Shown: piece after piece, positions 59,285 through 64,000 of the stretch
How the letters are laid out: each line of letters opens with the position of its first letter
Position numbering within the stretch: the stretch's first letter is position 1
NCBI GenBank assembly: GCA_963709825.1
Contig: CAVPXZ010000001.1
Coordinates: 90,452 to 154,451, forward strand
Source: an uncultured Alphaproteobacteria bacterium
GTDB taxonomy: Bacteria > Pseudomonadota > Alphaproteobacteria > Rhizobiales > Xanthobacteraceae
Reading direction: 5' to 3'
Length of the DNA: 64,000 bases
Translations under genes and position numbers: made by a program
Notes under the pieces: generated by a model
Told to the model about the DNA's origin: nothing
Databases searched by the model: none
What the model saw: only the letters and a program-made list of their open reading frames with translations

Positions 59285-59564
59285 TGCCCTCACCGTCGAC
59301 CGACCATCGTTCCCGCACCAACCGCTCTCGCAGGCGCTCGACCGGCAATGTACGCACTCGTGCCAGGTGGTCAATTTTGCGCCATCGCAGATCGCAAACG
59401 TCGCTTCCCAAGGTTACGTCAGCTCGTACGTCGCCGTATGCGCCCACAAAACGAGCCCCCGCGCCGCTTCAATCCAGGCCCTTCAAGCCAGCCGAAGCGG
59501 CCAAATCCCCATAGCGCTCGCGGCACCGCACCGCACGCCCCACCGCGATTTCGTGCCTTGGCGC

Positions 59565-59622
59565 TTTTTGGTCGCCGGTCGCATCAGCACGTGGATAGCC
59601 CAGTCATGCCGGCGACCAAAAA
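59565..59622. repeat. 14-bp perfect inverted repeat with 30-nt spacer
   Basis: tttttggtcgccgg (59565-59578) and ccggcgaccaaaaa (59609-59622). Lies between the IS91 remnant tail and the autotransporter stop. Confidence 0.8.
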
Positions 59623-59668
59623 CCTGCACAATTCCGGACACCGCTCGATCAAATAAGTGAGCGCACGC

Positions 59669-62600
59669 TCACCACGAATAGCGGAACGTCCCACTGCCGG
59701 CGTAGGTCTGTGAGCCGGGGGCGAATTCGCCGTCGAGCTTGGCGACGAAAGTGACGTGCGGTGTGATGTAAAGCTCGGCGCTCGCGGACGTTAGCGCCGA
59801 GTTCTGTGGGATCGGCGCGCCATTGACCGTAAAGCTTGCTCCCGGCTGTGATTGAAACACGGCCCTAATCGCGGGATTACCGACAAAGTCGTGTGCCCAC
59901 GCCAGCCGAGCGCGCAACAGAAGCGGGATGCCTCCAACCACGGCCGGATCGTCAAAGCGGGTGCCGAGCTCGGTGCGGGTATCGGTCGCATTCACGGCAT
60001 GGTAGGAAAGCCCAAAGGGGCCACCTGTCACATCGGATTCGCTGTAGGCCGGCGTGTAGAAGTCCTGTGCTTGCAACGCCGCATAGGGCGTCAGGCCTAA
60101 GCCTGTCGACGGTGCCGCGAGCCGATAGCCTCCTTCTAGCCGCGCGCCATAGCTCTGCGCGGCGAAGCTCGCGGTCAGTTCATCGCCCATCGCAGCGCGG
60201 GTGGTGGTTATCCAGTGATTAGTGAACGAAAGTGCCGCGGCCAAGTAGGCAGGCCCAGAGCGCGTGATACCGTAGACGCCAGTCTGGAACGCGTCGCTGT
60301 GGCCAGAGCCGAGCCCAGCCGAAAGGCTCCAATTGGCGCCGCCGCCGGCGAGCGCAAAGCCGAAGATCGCGTCCGGCGAATAGTGGTAGTCCATGCCGCC
60401 GACAAAACCGAATGTCTGCACGTTGACGCTGCTGGAGCCAACCGCCGCGTTGCCATTGGTCCAGTCACCGCCACCATAGCTCGCGCCCCAGGCAGTCCAG
60501 CGCTGCGTGAATGGCGCCGGCGGCGGTGCCTTCAGAATCGACGCATAGGCGAGCGCGACGTCCGCCGGCAGACTCGTCTCGGCATCGGGTGCAAAGCTCA
60601 TCGCCAGCCCGCTTACACCGCCAATGCCGAGCCGGCCATCGACGAACGGATCGAGCATCAGGTTCAAGAACTCGTTCGTCATCTGGAAGGCGGCAAATTG
60701 GCTGTCGGCTGCAACTTCGCCGTCCAATTGCGTCAGCGCGTTGTCGAGATTGCTGCCGGTCAAGCCAAAAACGTTCACAAAATTCACCGACAGCGCGCCG
60801 CCCGAGTTGAAGAAGTTGTTCAGCGCTGTTGCCACATTCTGCTGATTGACAGTGAGCCCACCGTCAGACCCCAGAGCGGCCGTCAGATTTAGAAACACAT
60901 CGGTGGCACCATAGCTCAAGGTCGCAATGAGTCCCGGCGCGCTGGAAACCGCTCCGCCGAAGGTCGTGCCGCCGAGGTTCGCTGCATGGAGAATGTCGTA
61001 GGTCTTGACGATCGTGCCCGACCCGATCACGGCTTCGACCGTGCCGGCCAGCGCGGCCGACCCAAGCACGTTGGTCGAGCTCGAAGCCGATGCCACCTGC
61101 ACCGCATAGAGCGCACCTGAGGTGAAGGCCAGACTGCCCACGACCGTCAGTGTTGTAACGGTGCCACTGCTTCCCGATAGGTTTAGAATGCCGCTATTAC
61201 TCAAGCTCGTCAGGCCATTAAATGTTGTCGGGCCGAGCACGTTTATGATGCCGCTGTTAATGATATTGCTGGCGCCGGCGAACGTGCTGACGCCGAGCGT
61301 GTTCCAGATACCAGCATTTATGAAGCTATTGGCGCTAACGCCGGACATTGAGACTGTTCCAGTCAAGGTGGCGCCGGCATTGTTGGTTACGATGGCATTG
61401 CCAGTGCCGGAGGTCGCGATTGCCAAGTCGTTCGCCAGTCCCGACATGTTCTGGATCGTCCCGCTGTTATAAATCTGCACGGCGCCCCCGGCCGCTGCCG
61501 CGTTGATGCCGGCGGTTGCCCCCTGAGTCGTGCCGGCGATCACGTTGATCGTCGTCCCTCCCGCTGCGCTACTAGTCTGGATGCCATTCCCGTTGCTGGC
61601 GGCGATGCCGTTCGAATTGACGATGGAGATATTGCCCGCCTCAGCGATCAAGGCTTCAATGCCGTTCTGCGATGTGGCGCCGGTCACTGTGATCGGAGCG
61701 GTCGACGTCACCGACACATTGCCATTGCCGAGGTTGACGGCAGCAATTCCGTTGCCGCCGCTCGCATAGATGACTGCATTGTTGATAACGTTGATCGTAC
61801 CGTAGACATTTGGGAGCGGTGTATTGAGGGAACTACCGCCGTAAGCCGCTCCGACGCCTGCCGGCGCCCCAGAAAGCGGGGTTCTTGCAGAGTTAGGGCG
61901 CGTGCCGGAGGTGATCGTACCGTTGGTCGTTACCGTGATCGTGCTGTTGGCGGCTGCCGGAATTGCATCTGCCAGGTTAACGGCATAGACGCCGGCGCCG
62001 TTGGACGTGACAACAGTGCCTGCGCTTGTCGAGAGCGAGACACTGCCGGTCCCGTAAGAGGCGCCGTGGATGCCAAATTCGGATGTTCCGTTAAGCGTCG
62101 CATTGACGCCAGCGCTCACACTAACGTTGCCGGGGCCATATGTTATTCCGTTGAGTGCGTCGGACGTGCCGCTCGCGTTTCCGGAAAAGCTGATCGTGAC
62201 ATTGTTTGTGTCAGCCGGGTTCTCGATCTCAGCGCGAATAGCGGAGCAACCTTGGCGCGGGCTGACCGGCCCCGGCGGGAGGGGCAGATTTCCCGCTAAG
62301 CAGAGCGACCCGAGCCCTGTGACGCTACCCGTTCCCGTAACCTCAACGCCGCCAAGACCGGATGCGCCCTGAACCGCCCATATGCCGCGCGCGCCCAGGC
62401 CGGTAATTGATCCTGAGGTGTCAATCGTAATGTTACCGGCGCCCTGCGAGGTGGCGCTGATCCCGTAGTTGCCTCCGGTTACTGTTCCTTCGACATTGAT
62501 GATGTTGTTTCCCGAACCGTGATTGGAAACAACGATGCCGTCGCCACCGCTTGAGTTGATCGCGGAGCTTGGGCTTGTGGATAGCTTCATGGTTCCCCCG

Positions 62601-63004
62601 TTTCCATCCAGCTCCATTCCGCTTAATTGACCGGACGTCACTGTGCCTTGAACGCCAACGGTGATCGGCAGAGGGACCGCAGCGCCTTCGGTCAGTTGGA
62701 GGCCAGAACCACTCACAGTCACGCCGGATTGAACGCCAGCGTTTATGGCGGCTCCATTATCGAAGAGCTGCTGCCGTGCGGACGATGCCGCGATACTTCC
62801 GTTTAGGTTAGCGGTGTTCGTGGTTGTGGTATCTGCGTTGCAGTTTACTGACCCGCTCGGCGTGACAGCGCACGCCGCATTCGCGCGATGCGAATTCGTC
62901 ATTAAAGCCGCGAGTACTCCGCCGATGAACGCGAATTTAGCTAGCAGCGAATTCTGGTTTCGCCGCTGTTGGTGCTCGACTCTCTTCACGTCACCCCGTT
63001 TCAC
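59669..63004 (-). CDS. autotransporter (type Va) outer-membrane protein with a long Gly/Ser/Thr/Asn-rich repetitive passenger
   Basis: 1111 aa. Signal peptide ...FIGGVLAALMTNSHRANA. Degenerate beta-helix-type repeats. C-terminal beta-barrel ending ...GSGTFRYSW. Confidence 0.85.
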   Translation of the reverse strand: MKRGDVKRVEHQQRRNQNSLLAKFAFIGGVLAALMTNSHRANAACAVTPSGSVNCNADTTTTNTANLNGSIAASSARQQLFDNGAAINAGVQSGVTVSGSGLQLTEGAAVPLPITVGVQGTVTSGQLSGMELDGNGGTMKLSTSPSSAINSSGGDGIVVSNHGSGNNIINVEGTVTGGNYGISATSQGAGNITIDTSGSITGLGARGIWAVQGASGLGGVEVTGTGSVTGLGSLCLAGNLPLPPGPVSPRQGCSAIRAEIENPADTNNVTISFSGNASGTSDALNGITYGPGNVSVSAGVNATLNGTSEFGIHGASYGTGSVSLSTSAGTVVTSNGAGVYAVNLADAIPAAANSTITVTTNGTITSGTRPNSARTPLSGAPAGVGAAYGGSSLNTPLPNVYGTINVINNAVIYASGGNGIAAVNLGNGNVSVTSTAPITVTGATSQNGIEALIAEAGNISIVNSNGIAASNGNGIQTSSAAGGTTINVIAGTTQGATAGINAAAAGGAVQIYNSGTIQNMSGLANDLAIATSGTGNAIVTNNAGATLTGTVSMSGVSANSFINAGIWNTLGVSTFAGASNIINSGIINVLGPTTFNGLTSLSNSGILNLSGSSGTVTTLTVVGSLAFTSGALYAVQVASASSSTNVLGSAALAGTVEAVIGSGTIVKTYDILHAANLGGTTFGGAVSSAPGLIATLSYGATDVFLNLTAALGSDGGLTVNQQNVATALNNFFNSGGALSVNFVNVFGLTGSNLDNALTQLDGEVAADSQFAAFQMTNEFLNLMLDPFVDGRLGIGGVSGLAMSFAPDAETSLPADVALAYASILKAPPPAPFTQRWTAWGASYGGGDWTNGNAAVGSSSVNVQTFGFVGGMDYHYSPDAIFGFALAGGGANWSLSAGLGSGHSDAFQTGVYGITRSGPAYLAAALSFTNHWITTTRAAMGDELTASFAAQSYGARLEGGYRLAAPSTGLGLTPYAALQAQDFYTPAYSESDVTGGPFGLSYHAVNATDTRTELGTRFDDPAVVGGIPLLLRARLAWAHDFVGNPAIRAVFQSQPGASFTVNGAPIPQNSALTSASAELYITPHVTFVAKLDGEFAPGSQTYAGSGTFRYSW

Positions 63005-63190
63005 GTGCCGCGACAGCCAGATACAGATTACGCGCAGAAGTCTGTGTCGGCTACATCGGCGGGCTCTGAAAGGCGCGTGGCTTGCAGCTCGTGTGCAGCG
63101 CCACTAACCTGACTTGAAAATAGTTCGACCTGCATCTATGATGCTTTAGTCGTTTTGTGACCTCCGGTTGGCGCATTAAGGACGAGAAGG

Positions 63191-64000
63191 TTGAAGCGGA
63201 TCAATTATTTGAACAAACCAGTCAAAATCATTCTCCTCTGCTTTTTCGTTTTTTTCCTTGTCTTCGTCGGCTACGTAGGGGAAAAAGACGCTCGATCGGA
63301 GCCTGCACAGATCGCCGCAGGCCAAACGACTGCCTACGCTCCCGGCGACTACAACGAGTCCATCGTCACGACTGATCAACGTACTCGCACTTATATTCTC
63401 CACATACCGCTTGGATTTGCCGCCTCGAAGTCGTATCCACTCGTTCTCGTTTTTCATGGCGGGTACGGGACGGCAGCGCTCATAAAGAAGGGTACGCATT
63501 TTGATGCCAAAGCGGATGCAAATGGCTTTATCGTCGTGTTTCCCAATGGTGTCGGCGAGCACTGGAACGACGGCAGAGGAACCGTCAACGCCGGTATCGA
63601 CGATGTCGGCTTCGTTCGCCAATTGATCGCGAGCCTTCAGGCGCGATTGCCCATAGACGCAAAACGGATCTATGCGACCGGACCTTCGAATGGCGGCAAA
63701 TTCTCCGAGCTTTTGGGGTGCGATCTCTCCGACCTGCTCGCCGCGATCGGGCCGGATATCGGCCCCATGCCGACGGCTCTGTTACCGAAGTGCAAACCGG
63801 CGCGACCCATCGCGGTGATCGGTATTCAGGGAGGAGCCGACCCGATCGTTCCGCTCGCTGGAGGAGAGGTGGCATCGTCGGCGCTGTTCGACTTGGGCAA
63901 AGGCGGCATGGTCGAATCCGCCGCGACGACAATGAATTTCTGGGCATCGGCGGATGCCTGTGATCTCAAACCAACGCTCGTACACGAAACCGCGACTGTG
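63191..64000 (+). CDS. PHB-depolymerase-family esterase (LpqC-like), 3' end outside window
   Basis: Not in the supplied ORF track. My own translation from TTG 63191 gives 270 codons with no stop: LKRINYLNKPVKIILLCFFVFFLVFVG...YPLVLVFHGGYGT...IVVFPNG...IYATGPSNGG (GxSxG). Confidence 0.7.
   Translation, partial: MKRINYLNKPVKIILLCFFVFFLVFVGYVGEKDARSEPAQIAAGQTTAYAPGDYNESIVTTDQRTRTYILHIPLGFAASKSYPLVLVFHGGYGTAALIKKGTHFDAKADANGFIVVFPNGVGEHWNDGRGTVNAGIDDVGFVRQLIASLQARLPIDAKRIYATGPSNGGKFSELLGCDLSDLLAAIGPDIGPMPTALLPKCKPARPIAVIGIQGGADPIVPLAGGEVASSALFDLGKGGMVESAATTMNFWASADACDLKPTLVHETATV

Noticed and set aside
59565-59622. Rho-independent terminator for the autotransporter
   Set aside because: The 14-bp stems have a 30-nt loop, and neither strand has a U-tract after the 3' stem because the T and A runs are part of the stem. 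It is kept only as an inverted repeat.

Overview
High-GC alphaproteobacterial chromosome. The IPAQAGIQ-type REP palindromes, the aapJQMP operon and an hmfABCDE-like cluster suggest Bradyrhizobiaceae/Nitrobacteraceae, but that is inference only. Positions 1-22.8 kb look like core genome: A2M-PbpC pair, PAP2 phosphatase, metC, aapJQMP amino-acid ABC transporter, a sulfur-handling set (persulfide dioxygenase-rhodanese fusion, SseA, CysK-like), alkylation-repair genes, GGDEF/response-regulator genes, and a thiolase/OsmC/AhpD-like set. From 22.8 kb the window becomes a mosaic broken up by six IS elements or remnants: a complete IS1182-family copy, a 250-bp remnant of a related copy, an IS91-family unit with an accessory tyrosine recombinase, a frameshifted IS1182-like copy, an IS5/IS427-group copy with a TTA target duplication, and a truncated IS91 remnant. 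Between them lie ordinary metabolic cargo (M24 peptidase, Kup, PaaK-like ligase, a furoyl-CoA-dehydrogenase-like molybdoenzyme operon with a LIV-type ABC transporter, SDR, Tat beta-carbonic anhydrase) and lower-GC accessory modules. The accessory modules are: (a) methyltransferase, wHTH hypothetical and DUF429; (b) DUF3768 plus an ICE-type hypothetical; (c) a Cys-rich HhH-GPD-like protein next to a 191-aa tyrosine recombinase; and (d) a tRNA-Gln 3' fragment followed by a convergent pair, a type IV (SRA/PUA-like + Mrr-cat) restriction endonuclease and a truncated AIPR abortive-infection gene. The window ends with a 1111-aa autotransporter and a partial esterase that is missing from the supplied ORF track. 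The most unusual sequence-level observations are these. A 51-bp stretch encodes the expected HhH-GPD catalytic-Asp motif on the wrong strand. A 234-bp C-poor, G-rich block with a G21 run sits between perfect 34-bp direct repeats. ogt and ada/alkA are fused head to head, both 5'-truncated at the same coordinate. No complete, clearly novel multi-gene system can be demonstrated from sequence alone. The best candidates are the recombinase/HhH-GPD pair and the RE/AIPR islet.
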